Assembly (NCBI GenBank): GCA_023213395.1
Contig: CM041465.1
Coordinates: 231,639,741 to 231,703,740 of the forward strand
Source: Cycas panzhihuaensis
Taxonomy: Eukaryota; Plantae; Cycadophyta
Direction of reading: 5' to 3'
Length of the DNA stretch: 64,000 bases
The notes under the pieces were generated by a model. The model made no database searches, was not told the DNA's origin, and saw only the letters and a list, made by a program, of their open reading frames with translations. Below, one piece after another: positions 13,401 through 26,163 of this stretch. The translations under genes and the position numbers were made by a program. Position 1 is the stretch's first letter. Every line of letters starts with the position of its first letter.

Positions 13401-16222
13401 GAGAAAATCCCATTCTATCAACTTCAATTTTTCACACTAGTTGTACCATAAACTCATTATTCTTTCTAAAGTTTGGGCCCATCTTTGTACCCATTCACCT
13501 TTTGAAATTGCTTCCTTTTCCAAATTTGTTCACACTTTCTTCTATGAATCATGGGGTCATCATTATCTCAAAATATTGGCAATTCATTATTTTGTTTTTG
13601 AAATCTTAATAAAAAAATTTTGTGCAATTTGTTCGATGATCTAAATTTATTACCATAAACCGAAAACCATGTGGCAGCTTGGCCTTCAAGAGACAATGAG
13701 AACAAGTAACAAAAATCTTCATGCTGATTATTATTTGTTAATAATTGAATACAATATTCTATATGGTTGTTTACCTAATTTGCTTGACCTTAGAATTTGT
13801 TTCCTTCGGTGAAACTCTCTTTCAAGCTCCTTATGCTTTCTTCTGTCTGGAGATTTACTGCTTCATCCTTTATTTGGTCTTTTGATTCCAGAGGGTCCAT
13901 ACATACTTCTAGTTTGTAGCAAGGAGCAGATTTTGTTTCTCCTCAAGCATTCTGTATCTAATTCATTATGTATGTTGACGATGCACTGCTTGGTATGTTT
14001 GGTTGAAGCTAATAAACAATTTTCGAACATGGGCTTACAGTGGGCTCTAATCCCATAGTTGTAAACGATGCTCGTTCTTCATCAGTTGTCTTCTCAATTT
14101 GAGGGTTATCTGAGTATAATGGCTGAGTCACAGCTTTATTTCTTGCTTTCAACGTAAATGTGAATTCTCCCCAATCTTGGATGGCTTTTGTAGCTATTAA
14201 CCAAGGTCTATCTAGCAATGTTGGATATGTTCTCTTTTCATTCTGCATTTGTACCACCGCAAAATCCAATAGGACAGTGATTCCTGCAACTGTGGTTGGT
14301 ACATTCATTAATGTTCCCATTGGTCTCACCTGCAATTGGTTGGCCAATTTTATTGAATAATCTAGGGCAACCATTTGTGGCCTTCCCAATTTAATCTAGG
14401 AAGACTCAGGGAGCACATTAGCTCTTGATCCTCCATCCATGATTGTTTTGCATAGCATTGTCCCAAAAATAATCATTGGCACCCTTGGGTCAACCCCTTT
14501 CTCTTTAACAACTCTCATTACAGGCTTTTCTATCTGGTCTTAAAACAAATTGTCGAAAATAACCAACCTCCCACCATTTAAATATGACAGTAATGGGGAT
14601 TGAGACTCCTAGTTCAATTAATAAATCCTTAACCTTTTGAAGCCTTAACCATGGGTTTATACCTTCTTTTGGCTGAATTTTTTCAGGGGCTACTCCTCGT
14701 TTATATGTTTGTCCTTTAAATCATCCTTCGTGCTGGGATTCTTCTTGCTGCGCTTCGCCCATTGCATCTTGCAGAATCTTAACAGCTTTCTGGAGTCTTT
14801 GTTTTTCTATAACTGGATCCGAGAAAGTATCTTAAACAGGTGTTGAAGTTACTTTTCCGTTTCGTGTTTGTAACTAGAGGGGCACTTCCTTATCCGGAAT
14901 GATCGCAACCAAATTAGCATTCTGTGTTTTATTTTTTGCACAATTTGTCCACTCGTGATCTGTTGGTCCACATTTTTCACTGATGAATTCTCCATCCTTC
15001 TTTTCTAACGTACAGTCTGATCTAAAATGATCCAGTCTTTGGCATAGAAATAACGGACACACTTTGCCGTTCCTTTATATTGCCTTCTTGTTTTTTCCAG
15101 CTTTTGCAGGAATACATTGTGGACATCATTTTTAGGTCGAGAAAAACATTCCCACGTATTGTGGTTAGTTTTCTTACAATATTCACACCTTGTTGTTGCT
15201 TTATTATGCTCATTTCTTAGATGACCTTGTTGATTGTATGGTGGCAGACACCATATATTATCTCACGACTTTTCCAGACTCAACCTAGCTAATTCTGCAT
15301 GCAATTTCTCCATCTCTTAGTTCTGGTGCATGTTAGCCAATATTGCCACTGAAGGTTGCTTTCTTAATGCTTCCACCTCTTTTCTCAATGCTTCATCTCC
15401 AAATTTGTTCCCATCTGGGGCGTTTGATTATATGTTCCCCATGTCTGCATTACTGATGATGGATGAGAAAAAGATGGACCCATTTGTCTCGTCTGTTGAT
15501 TTGCCCATTGAGAGCATGTAGTCTTCATTTGATTTTCAAATTTTAGGGCTAGCTCGCGTACTTGTTCATAATTATTCATTGAGTGCAACATGACTTTCTC
15601 CCTCCTTTGTGGAATTAAGCCTTGAACAAAATATTTTGTCGCCAGCATCATACTAGTTGCCATTAGTGGTTGTATTTTTCTCATTATTATCCTCATTCGG
15701 CCATCAAAATCATTTACATATTCTGTAGGATATTGCTTTTTTTCTTCTAGGGCTTGAAAAATAGCCATGGGGTCTCAATTTTTGGAATCGATCCAAAAAT
15801 TGGTCTTGCAATCTATCCCACGATAGATTCTGCGTTGCAACATACTGGAACCATGCAATTGCTGCTCCCTGCAAGGTGGAAAAGAATCGGGCTTTTATCT
15901 GCTTTGGATCTATGACTCTCTTTATTTTTAGCATATTTTTAAATAATGCTAGATGATCTCTTGGCTCTAACGATCCATCAAATTGTATACTCGAAAATGT
16001 GGAATCATGTTATACAATTATACAAGGTTCGACTGGTCCTGCTCCGCTCCCTTGGCCTATTCCACTTAGCGGCGGATTGCCACTTTCTCCTATACTGGTA
16101 AATAGTGACTGGCTTGATGATGGACCTCCACCTCCTGAATTTTCACCTGGCAGTGGGCTTCGCCCGCTTGCACTTCCCCCCCCTCCCGGGCTTACCGTTA
16201 TGGACTTGAACAAAGGATTCAA
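10403..16222 (-). pseudogene. Gypsy-A gag-pol (degenerate)
   Basis: gag LQGAAIAWF..FLDRF (15710-15934), protease IMDGGSRANV (~14400-14445), RT EWVSPVVVVPKK..RVCMDYRALN, RH DASLIAIGCVLTQ..NYSVAERE, INT FFTKWTEA..YPRANGQVE, WLGPY. Confidence 0.93.
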
Positions 16223-16708
16223 AATGTGAAACCAATGATGGTTTCACTCCCTATCTATTGTACTATACAATTCTAATTCAATCGAATTATTCTTACCTTC
16301 TTAGCACGGTAAGCCTTCAACAAATTCTTTATCGCTTTTTCTCTCATGAGCTTCTATTCCAATAGGATCCTCTTCCAATGCATACCCTTGGCTATAACTT
16401 GAATTATCTTTTCTTCGATAGACTCTTCAAATATTTCCACCTCTGTTTGGTTTTCACCTTCCTGACTTGATTTCCTTCTTCCAATCGAGTTAGCAAGTGG
16501 TCGCCTCTTCATTTGCTTTCTTGCCATAATTATGAATCTTGGCTTCCTTACTCCAATCTAGAGTCTATCATTATGCCAACGCTTTCTACGTTCTGTTCGT
16601 GATTATTTTTCTACACTAGGTGGCATGGAAGAGGTCCAAGTTATTTATTCAACTCTATCCATTTTGATGTTTTCGAATCACCCATAATTCATTAGGTGAC
16701 AGAACCAA

Positions 16709-17618
16709 TGTGTGTTGTGCACCTATTTGTCTACCAACACTCATCAATGAATTAGGCAAGCACAAGAAACACCAATATGATACAAAACATAATACCACTA
16801 GGATAGGGAACTGTGTTTGGTCCTCTCACAACCAGATACAGACCTGATAGTACACAGAAAGCCGATGGCTAATCAAGCTTACAATGACAAGATTTTACAA
16901 GTACTCATTATCAACATTGTTGTTCCAACCCTCCCCCTTTCTCTCTCATTTATCTATAATTCCCAACAGTTTCAACCATCATTGATTACAATTGAAGCAA
17001 CAGTTAATTCATCGGCATTCCAAAGTACATTCAAATTATTATTTTATCATAGTCCTAAATTACAATTTGTTCGCAATTACGTTCTTGACCATGATCAGCT
17101 CATGCTTATGACTAGTTGCGATCTGCTCGCAATCTTGACCCAAACTGCAATCTGCTCGCAATCTTGACCCAAACTGCAATCTGCTCACAGTCTCGACCAA
17201 ATTGCAATTTGCTTGCAACCTCGACCTGAATTGCAATCTACTCGCAATCTCAACCCGAACTGTAATCTACTTGCAATCTTGACCTAAATTGCAGTTTGCT
17301 CGCAATCTCGATTTGAACTGCGATCTGCTCGCAATCTCGACCCGAATTGTGATTTGCTCATGATCATGACCCGAACTACGATCTGCTTGTAATCACGACC
17401 CGTATCGCAATCTGCTTGCGATCACGACCCGACCCGCGATCTGCTCGCGTTCACGACTTGAACTGTGATCTGCTTATAATCTCGCCCCAAACTGCGATCT
17501 GGCCGCGATCACGATTTGAACTGTGATTTGCTTGCAATCACGACCCAAACCACGATCTGCTCGTAATCCAAAAATCAAAAATCCTTCAAAAAAATATGCA
17601 ATTTTGCCCACACACACA
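16709..17618 (-). repeat. Gypsy-A 5' LTR (about 910 bp) with adjacent PBS at 16695-16707
   Basis: Terminal inverted repeat TGTGTGT...ACACACA; TGGTTCTGTCACC follows immediately on the minus strand; no partner LTR in window to confirm the ends. Confidence 0.65.
17117..17568. repeat. Minisatellite, ~29-bp unit (GCAATCTGCTC+GCAATCTTGACCCAAACT), about 15-16 degenerate copies
   Basis: Directly visible periodicity. Confidence 0.92.
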
Positions 17619-17860
17619 ATGCGAATTTCAAAAAATCTCAGAAATGCAAAAACATCTGTACCCTTTTCCACTTTCTATATACACACATATAGATTTGAAA
17701 TATAAAATACATAAATCAAATAATTATTTATATTTATAAATTGAAAATGCAGAATTGAAAGACAATCTCACTCATAAAATGTTAAATTGACATGAAGATT
17801 CAATTACAAATTTAGTTTTTGTACTGTATATCAAATATATCATCATACATTAAGAAAACA

Positions 17861-20095
17861 TTAAGAATCATAAGATCGATCTTGAAGGGTTGCCATACTA
17901 GTTGTCCAAGAAGATGCTTCTTTTGGAGAATATAATGTAGGAGCATGTGTGTGAGGTGGCCAGTGCAAAAGATCAGAGATGCAGAATTGATTAGACTCCA
18001 AGTCAGTGCTTTCGGGATCAACATCTGAAAACTCCGAAGGTCCCTCATTTCTGTACTTCTCCTTACTATGAGAAATAGGACGAAGGTTAGAGTGTACACA
18101 CATCAAGTCCTCAGCTTTATTTGGCCCCTACCCATTTCTTCATAAAGTGAACGAAGCCATATGTGCTCCAATTCCTCTATGCTAAGGAGGAACTTGACAC
18201 TTGTGAAAGAATTCAAATGGCAAGTGATTGCATCATGTTGGCCCTTGCACCATTGATTGTTTGCCACGTGGTTACATTTGTTTTGCTCCTATTAACTAAT
18301 ACCTACGTGTCTCCAAACATTGGGCTATTCCTATTAGCAAAACTAGAAAATTCTTTTTGAATTTGCAAAGTGTCATCTACATTTAGAAATAACTTTTTAA
18401 TGGCCTCTTTGAATCTATTGAAAACTTCCTTATCCTTGTTGGGGGGTGGGGGGCTTCTTGTTATTGCTTGATTGGATGTAGAAAATGTCAGAATACTTTG
18501 AACTCAGTGTATGAACCTAGGTGTGCAGGGGGGTGTTGTATTTGTTCCACCTAGAAATCATTGTGCTATGAATTTCCTACCAAAAATCATTATAATTGAG
18601 CCCCTTTGCAAAAAAAATGACATCCTGCGCATTCTCTATCGTGATATCAATCTTATCATATGTTTCCCACATAGAAGGCTTGTCTATATTAGTCTTATAA
18701 AGCAAGGCAATTATGGGTCCCAGATATTAAGGATGAACCATATCTCATCCAACATTATTTGGCACACAAGTAACACCTTTTTAGTTTTGGATTGCCTCAA
18801 TGCTTGCCATTTTGCACCTATCATTGTATACACCAATGTAGACTTTGCATCAACAAAATACTTCAACATAAGGTAATGTGAAACAACTTGGTATCTGTAA
18901 ACTTCAAGAGCTCTAGCATCGAATAGTGTCGAAAGATCAACTGTAATGCATGGTTGTTGGTGATAAATTTTTAGATCTTTTTGTCTTGCTCATAAATCAT
19001 ATTGATCACCACCAATTGTGGATGCGAATCCTTTGCTGCCATTTCCTACACTGAGGTTGAAATTGTGGATGGTGCAAGGGGTCCAAAAGACATGATGGTA
19101 TTTGCCCTTAACCAATATGCTGATAACTGTACAAATAGGTGTATTATCTGTGATCACTTGCACAAGAGATAAATGGTTATATTATTGATAAATGAATTGT
19201 AGTTGTGACTAAACAAATAAATGATTGGATTAACAGGTGCATTATTTCAAATTACTTGTATGACATTGTGAACACCAACATATTCTAGTTCTTGCATAAT
19301 AATGTTAGCAATAAAAATTGCATTCTTCATCTTTCTTGTGCAATCAAACACCTTGATGAACATGGTACATTTGGGTGACATGGTAGTCACATTCACAAGT
19401 GGCCTGTTAGCTTGATCAATCTACATGTCTGCAACAATGGAGACACTAGAATTTAGCTAGGCAACCTTAATGGGCTTTAGCATGGATTCCATGAAACTTC
19501 ATTCCTTCTAAAGAAGAATGGTGCAAATCCTCTTATATTTTGGGCTCACATAGCCCTGTTGTGCTATGTCGATGGTTTGCACTATATCTTGTCAATATTA
19601 TGAGTGAACCATGTTGAAAGGCAGTCTACATGCATAAATGTAATGTATGATTCTTTTGTCCACTTCCTCCCTACCATGCATGTTGAACAATGATACTATT
19701 GAGTCAATTTAAGTGTGGTTTCTTTCTAGATTCCTCCACCACTCTACATTCCAACTATAGTGGCTAACGAGGACCCCCCGCCTTATGTTGCTTACCTTCT
19801 CAACATTTTTACAGATAATTCATCCTCCACCTCTTTATGGTATTTCTCGATGGTTGACGAAGATGATCATGGGTATCCAACAATTCTTTTGGTAGGCTCA
19901 CGAAGTAAGTGGGCCTTCACTTTGGAATATGAGCCTTAATATGGGCCTCCATCATAGACGTCATACTTCCATAAATGAGATTTTTGTCCAATATTTGCTG
20001 AGATGTTCATCACATACTTCCAAAGGGGAGAATTGTTGATTTCTGTTGCCTTTTTGTGGCCACCAACAAGAAAAGATTGTCAAGTGGTTTGCATG
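17861..20095 (-). pseudogene. hAT-superfamily transposase relic (BED-finger region, DUF659 core, C-terminal dimerisation domain)
   Basis: Manual minus-strand translation: PLWKYV and GSYSKVKAHLL (~19900-20030); VSIVAD..DQANRPLVN (~19400); VQVITDNTP..HVFWTPCTIHNFNL (19055-19163); LAI*ILSQVSSSSLA*RNWSTYGFVH..AEDLMCVHSNLR (18080-18230). Confidence 0.88.
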
Positions 20096-20498
20096 TCGTG
20101 TAGGTAGAATCACCTACAAATTGAGTTGAATCACCTGCAAGCAAAGTTGAATCATTGGATGAATGGGTTGAAAAGTGCAAACCATACCTAAAATTTGATT
20201 AAATAGCAATGGGGTTCAAAGAACCATGGGCAAAAATCCATGATAAAAAAACTATGGCTTGGGCTTGGCCATGTTTTTTTTGGTCCATAGTTTGGGCCCA
20301 TGGGTTTTGCCCATAGTTTTGGGTCCATAGTATTGGCGTCGCACTTTTAGTTTTGTTTCTTTTGGGAGTGGTTCTGTGTGTGTGTGTTTGTTTTTTTTTT
20401 TAATTTTTAATTTTTGTTTCCAAAGCAGAAAACATATAAAAGAACACAAAAAACAATTAAAATTCAAAACCAAACATTAAAAAATAAGATTTATAAAG

Positions 20499-20535
20499 TT
20501 ATGTGGGGCCCACTTGCCATGTGGGCCCCACATAA
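20499..20535. promoter_or_regulatory. Perfect 15-bp inverted repeat containing two TCP-type GGCCCAC/GTGGGCC sites, upstream of the hAT ORF
   Basis: TTATGTGGGGCCCAC-ttgccat-GTGGGCCCCACATAA; regulatory role inferred only. Confidence 0.45.
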
Positions 20536-20989
20536 TAGGTGTGCAACTTTAGAAAGCTGTTGGAAACTCCATGAGACATCGAAAATGACCCACAAATGTG
20601 TTTCTAGGTTGTTTCAGTGGTTCCAAAATGGGAAATCGGTTGTTTTGGCATTTTTAGGACATTTAAATAGTTTCAAAGAAATGACCCCTATTTGGCTATT
20701 TCGATATATTAGATGTTGATGCTCAACAACTAGAGTAAGGCAAAAATGGCCTAGTAAGTATACTGGATGAAAGGACAAGGAAGCTTAGTAATGGAGAACT
20801 ACATGAACACTTGGTTGAATGGTCTAATAGACCCATTGAAAAGTCCACTTGGGAATCAAATTATTTTGTGAGAGTAGGATTAATTGTGGATAGTGGTCTC
20901 TTAGAGGGAGGGGTCGCAGGATGGAAATTGTCAAGATCCTTGGAAAAATTACAAAAGAAAGACATGGAATGGTTTTGGGTATAGTACAA

Positions 20990-21341
20990 TAGAAAGCATT
21001 CAGAGTTGTTAAACATGTTGTTGGAATGGTGCCCATCATTAGATTTCTTACTTGGAATAAAATGTTCCTTGTACACATTGACATGTTCCAATTTGCAATT
21101 GGATGCATCTTGGCGATAGAAACATTGATCATCCTATCTCATTTACTAGCAGGAAATTAAGTAGGGAAAAACAAAACCATTTAGTGATAGAAATTGAAGC
21201 CTTGGGAATGGTTTACGTACTATAGAAATTTCAACATTAGTTATTGTCGAACCCATTATATTCTATGTAGACCACCAAGCACTAGTGTATCTAGTAAATA
21301 AACCATTAATGGGGGGAGGATACACTGATGGGTAGTGCTAT
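20990..21341 (+). pseudogene. Athila/Tat-like gypsy RNase H fragment 'Gypsy-B', part 1
   Basis: VHIDMFQFAIGCILA..HPISFTSRKLS..ALGMVYVL..YVDHQALVYLVNKP; parallels Gypsy-A RH. Confidence 0.8.
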
Positions 21342-24300
21342 TGTAGCATTCCCAAAATAAAAGAAGAAGTCGGTTTTATAAGAGGGGCCTCGTGCTTTCT
21401 GGAGGATTACACCTGCCTTGAAGAGGGTTGCTGTTGGATTCTATACTAGGTTCTATTATTAATTTATGATAATTTCTTCTTGTTATTATCAATGCTTGGA
21501 TGTTACACTGCATATGACTATTGAATGACATTTTATGAAGAACTACTACTGTAAACATATGAGATCTGCTGTGAATGTATGAAATCGATTGTGAAATACT
21601 GTGATATGCTGTGAATATTTTTGTTATCTGGTGGAAGATTGCTAATGTCTATTGTTTTTGTAGAAGGGCTCGCTATAGTGGTATCAAAGCAGTGTGGAAA
21701 GAAAATTTGGGGTTTGAAGTAGAAAATCAGAGTCGTGTATTCATAATTGAGAATTAAATCAAAGCAGAGTTATCAATCTAAAACAAAGACAAATTTGGAT
21801 GGCATCTAGTATTAAGCAATTACAGCACACAGAGATAAAGACCTCCCACAATAGTTAGGGGTGTATTATGTATGGTGGCTCTGAGCGGTCAAGGGTTTCA
21901 CTACAGATTACGAGCTAATAATATGCACAGCCAGGAGGGTGTCACACCAGGGCTCTGTGTGGCATGAAGTCATCGCATTGTTGTTTTTGAGTCATTACTG
22001 GTTCCATTGCTTGCCATCTACGACTGGTCTCATTATTGCTTGAGTGTGATCATAGTTTCCATGGAGATCTCGTGTTGCCTGCTTTAATGTTGAAGATCTA
22101 CCACATCAATTAAGAGTTGACAAAAATGCAGAGATCATGCACCAACGTAGGGCACAAACACCAAAACATAGAGGAAATTGCCACAAATTCTCCCATAGTC
22201 AATACCAGTGCAAGTAGCACCCACCAGGAGACACAAATCAAAATAGAAGTGCGCATGCAGGAGTGACATTGGCCCATCATGAACGAATGGAGCAGAACTA
22301 CATACTGTTCATTGCTGCTTTGGTTTCAATCATTCACAGAGGGTCATGGGCATCTGTCTGCAGGGAATGCCTTCTCTGTACACTTGTCCAAACTCAGGGA
22401 ATATGCAACCATACATCACAATCACTTGATCTTTATTGCTCGTGAAGTCTGCCATCATGTTTTATTTCGAATCGGGAGATCATGATGCGTGAAGCCAGGG
22501 AGATCGTAGTCCGTAGTCCGAGGTGATAGAGACAAAGGAGTTTGCACCAAGCAACAAAATCTCTTTTATGGTTAATTGATCCCTATGTCGCCCTATGAAA
22601 GAAATCTAGTTTTTTTGATGGAGCGGTATCGATTGAGGGATAAGTACGATATTATAGGTGAGCAAAGGTAGACTCACTTCCAAGAGGGGAATATTACTGA
22701 CAAGCGTGGACGTCCTCGACCATCGATTTGGAGAAAGCGCAATTGCCAAAACACAGATAGAAAAATCAAAATTGCAAACAGAAAATCTACACCTGTGTAT
22801 TTTGGATTAACATAGGAGAAATGTTTTTCCTATAGTTTTATATATTTAATCAAGTAGAGTTTAAAGCTCAAGTCTGCACTCATTTGGGTCACGTGGATAT
22901 CCTTATATGACCAGGGGGTTAAGTGAAATAGGGTTTAAAATCCTTTTATTTATTTTTAGTTTGTTTCTGAAATGGGCTACCTGGACGTTTTCATCCATAT
23001 CTCAAGCTATGGATGTTAGATTGCAATGTTGTATGAACCATTGGATTTCTAGTTCAAAGATGTTCGTTACAAGTAGTCATATTTGATAGTTTAGACTAGC
23101 AGAAGATATAGATTTTTATCATTAAAGTTGTAGCTTCTAGTTAAACAAGAAAAATGGACTCAGAACTTTTTTATCTTGATGAAGGCATCGATATCAACAA
23201 ATGGCTACAAATGGTCGAAACACTGAATGAATTCACAAGGGATATTGACATGGAAGAATAAGGAGCATATATGAAACTTCTTTTGCGAGGGAAAGCTTTT
23301 GATTGGTTTAGAAAACCAAAAGTATTTAATGATTGGGCATGGTTTAAATTGATGTTAATGAGTAAACCATGGAACAAGAATCAAGATGAACATATTCAAA
23401 TGGCGCGTGAATAGGAACCAAAAGATAGTTCCACAAATGAGGAACAAGAAGAGGACACTCTTGATGAAGGTGGGGACAAAAAGGAATTTAATTACATACA
23501 GTGTGAAAGAATTCGCACACATAGAAGAAGACACCAAGCAGACGAGGGAGCAAGATGTAGTTGACCAAGAAGGCACGTCAAATGTTACACAGAGGAACCT
23601 AAGCAGCACAAGGAATAGTCCATGCAAACAAGCGAACCCCACAAGGTACTCAACATGGTTCTTAATCCAGTTTTGCATATGCATATTTCATTTGCTAGTT
23701 TTATCTGCCTTCTCTCTTTCCCATGTTTAATAGCAATAGAAAAGCCCTTTTTTCCCATCCCATAGTTAGCCATAATCCTAATCTTCTTAACTCTAGTTTC
23801 TTCATAGGACGAATCCAAATTCCCCTTTGCAATCCTAGCTCATCTCTTTACTTGTGTACTCCTTCACCCCTTATAGACCACCCTCAATAGGCTATTCTAC
23901 AACCTCAATCCATTCATCAAGTTTTATCCCTTGATATTACCCTCTACAGAACCCCACCTCATCCTCCTTAATCCTCTTCACTTCCATACTACCAATGTTG
24001 TTTTTTTCTATTAAATCTTTCATTTTATCTGAATATCATTTCTAAAAATGTGTTAAAGTCTCTTTTTCATAAAGAACGTCTATCACTAATCCATCATCCA
24101 TCTTTCCTTCCCAAAAAATGTTGCGGTCCAATAAAACCTGCACAAATTCTCATCTCCATCCGAGGCAGATTCCAAAATTGTCTTCTTATGCTTGCAAAGC
24201 TATGCCTAGTCTCAGATCATAATTCCACCTCTTCTTTTCTTTTTCACGATAAGCAGTCATCAATCCATGACCCTTACAATCAATTCTTTTCATAAAACCT

Positions 24301-25135
24301 TCACTTCTTTTTCCAATAACCATCCCATTCAAAAGCAAAATGTGTAAATATAAGGCAAGACCAAGACAAGACATCAGAGATACCTCATAGGTCTCAAGAT
24401 CCTTCTGATTCAGAATAAGACATAACATGTACTTGGTCCCAAGAACAAACATTGGTAAATTCAAGATGCTTGCTAACAAAGTTCCACGAAAGATGCAAGA
24501 TCAAGCCAATTCTTCATGACATACGAGATCTAGCAGGTGGTGGCTGGAAGATTAGATCGAGCTACAAGCAATTCTCGATACTTCAAGGGCGAAGTATCAT
24601 TTTAAGGGGAAGGGAATTGTAGCATTCCCAAAATAAAAGAAGTTGGTTTTATAGGAGGAATTTATTATTGTGAAGTCGGTTTTTTGAAGAATTTAAAACA
24701 GAAACATTTATTTTATTTTATTTTATTATGAAGTTGGCTTTTTGGAGAGAAAAATAATAGATTGGTTTTTAAGGCTATAAATAGAGTAGCCTCCCTCCTT
24801 TGTAAATTCAATCTTGGAGAATTTTTGTTATGAAGGGATAATGGCCTTGTGCCTGCTGGAGGATTATGCCTGCCTCGAAGAGGGTTGGTATTGGGATTTG
24901 TACCGAGTTCTGTTATTAATTTATGATCATTTCTGGCTATTATTTATCAATTCTTGGATGTTATACTACATATGACTATTGAATGCCATTTTATGAAGAA
25001 CTACTACTGTAAACATATGAGATTTGCTGTGAATGTATGGAATCGATTGTGAAATACTGTGATATGCTATGAATATTTTTGTTATCTACTGAAAGATTGC
25101 TTCTATCTGCTGTTTTTGCAAAAGGGCTCCCTACA
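21342..25135 (+). mobile_element. Non-autonomous LTR retrotransposon (no pol), inserted in Gypsy-B
   Basis: LTRs 21342-21677 and 24618-25135, PBS TGGTATCAAAGC 21679-21690, PPT GGGGAAGGGAA 24606-24616, near-TSD GCTAT/ACTAT; only a gag-like remnant (LLRGKAFDWF, ~23180-23360) inside. Confidence 0.88.
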
Positions 25136-25140
25136 ACTAT

Positions 25141-26163
25141 ATTATGAACTCATTCAAAATTGTCATGAGAGTAGGAAAAGCATGCATCTTCTCACACTAG
25201 CTATCAAGAATTAACAATGAAGAGAAAGTTGCAGGTGTTAATGATGACTTTCGTGATGCACACTATTCATTCAAAATAGTCGTAGTCCCTACATAATGCT
25301 ACGAAGGGATCCTAAAGTACTTGTCCGCAAGAGAAATGCCACTGGAGGTGGATGGAGTGGATAAGAGACACCTTGAAAGTAAAGTAGCGCCATGCTGGCT
25401 GATCCAAGGAGAATTATATCGGTTGGGGCCTGGCGACATTTCAAGAAGATGCATGGACCCTCATAAAGTTTTGCTAGTCACATAACAACCTTATTAAGGA
25501 ATCTCAGGGGGCCATGGTAGTAAAGATATGATAATGCAAAAAATATGAAACATGGGCTTGCGGTTGTTAGTGTTATACAATGATGTATGAAAATGGGTGG
25601 AGAGGTGTGACTATTGCTAATGGGTGGAGAAACCCACCTAATGGAATTTCCAACCCCTATACCCTGTGCTATCAAAAGTGCCATTTGAAAGGTGGGAGTT
25701 GATTTTTATTGGACCCATTTGACCAGTAATACAAAGGTTGTGGATATGATATATTTTGGTGGCAACTGGTTATATGACAAAGTGTGTGGAAGCACAACTC
25801 TTGCCTTAGGCAATGCCATGAGTGATTTCCTCACGAAGTAATTATCACAAGGTTTGATTGTCCAAATGGGTCAAGGAGGGCATTTCCTCAATAAAGTAAT
25901 TAGGAAATTAGCTTCAACATTTATGATTATCCATTAGAAGTCCACTTTGTACTACTCGTTGAGCTAAAGGTCAAGGAGAAAGATCCAATAAGATTATTAA
26001 TAAAAAATCTTTATAGAAAATATGTAGCTTTGCATGAGTGGACTTAGTAGAAAAGTTGCCCTCAATGTTATGGGCATTTCACACTACCTATAGGCGAATG
26101 ACAAGTTAGACAACTTTTTGATTAGCATATGGAATTGAAGCAATCGTTCCCTATAAATTTGAG
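25141..26163 (+). pseudogene. Gypsy-B RH-tail/integrase fragment, part 2
   Basis: AGVNDDFRDAH, DFIGPI-like integrase motif, LPSMLWAFHTTYR, LAYGIEAIVP; continues part 1 across the insertion. Confidence 0.8.

Larger units (their letters stand above)
1331..17618 (-). mobile_element. Athila/Tat-like non-chromovirus Ty3/gypsy element 'Gypsy-A' (5' LTR-gag-PR-RT-RH-INT-extra ORF), interrupted by Copia-1 and cut at left by the chromovirus
   Basis: Domain order on the minus strand; removing Copia-1 rejoins the integrase end ...VNGSRLKPYTTR*. Confidence 0.8.

Noticed and set aside
17117-17568. CRISPR-like appearance of the 29-bp periodic array
   Set aside because: Units are head-to-tail and degenerate with no unique spacers; plant LTR context and no cas genes
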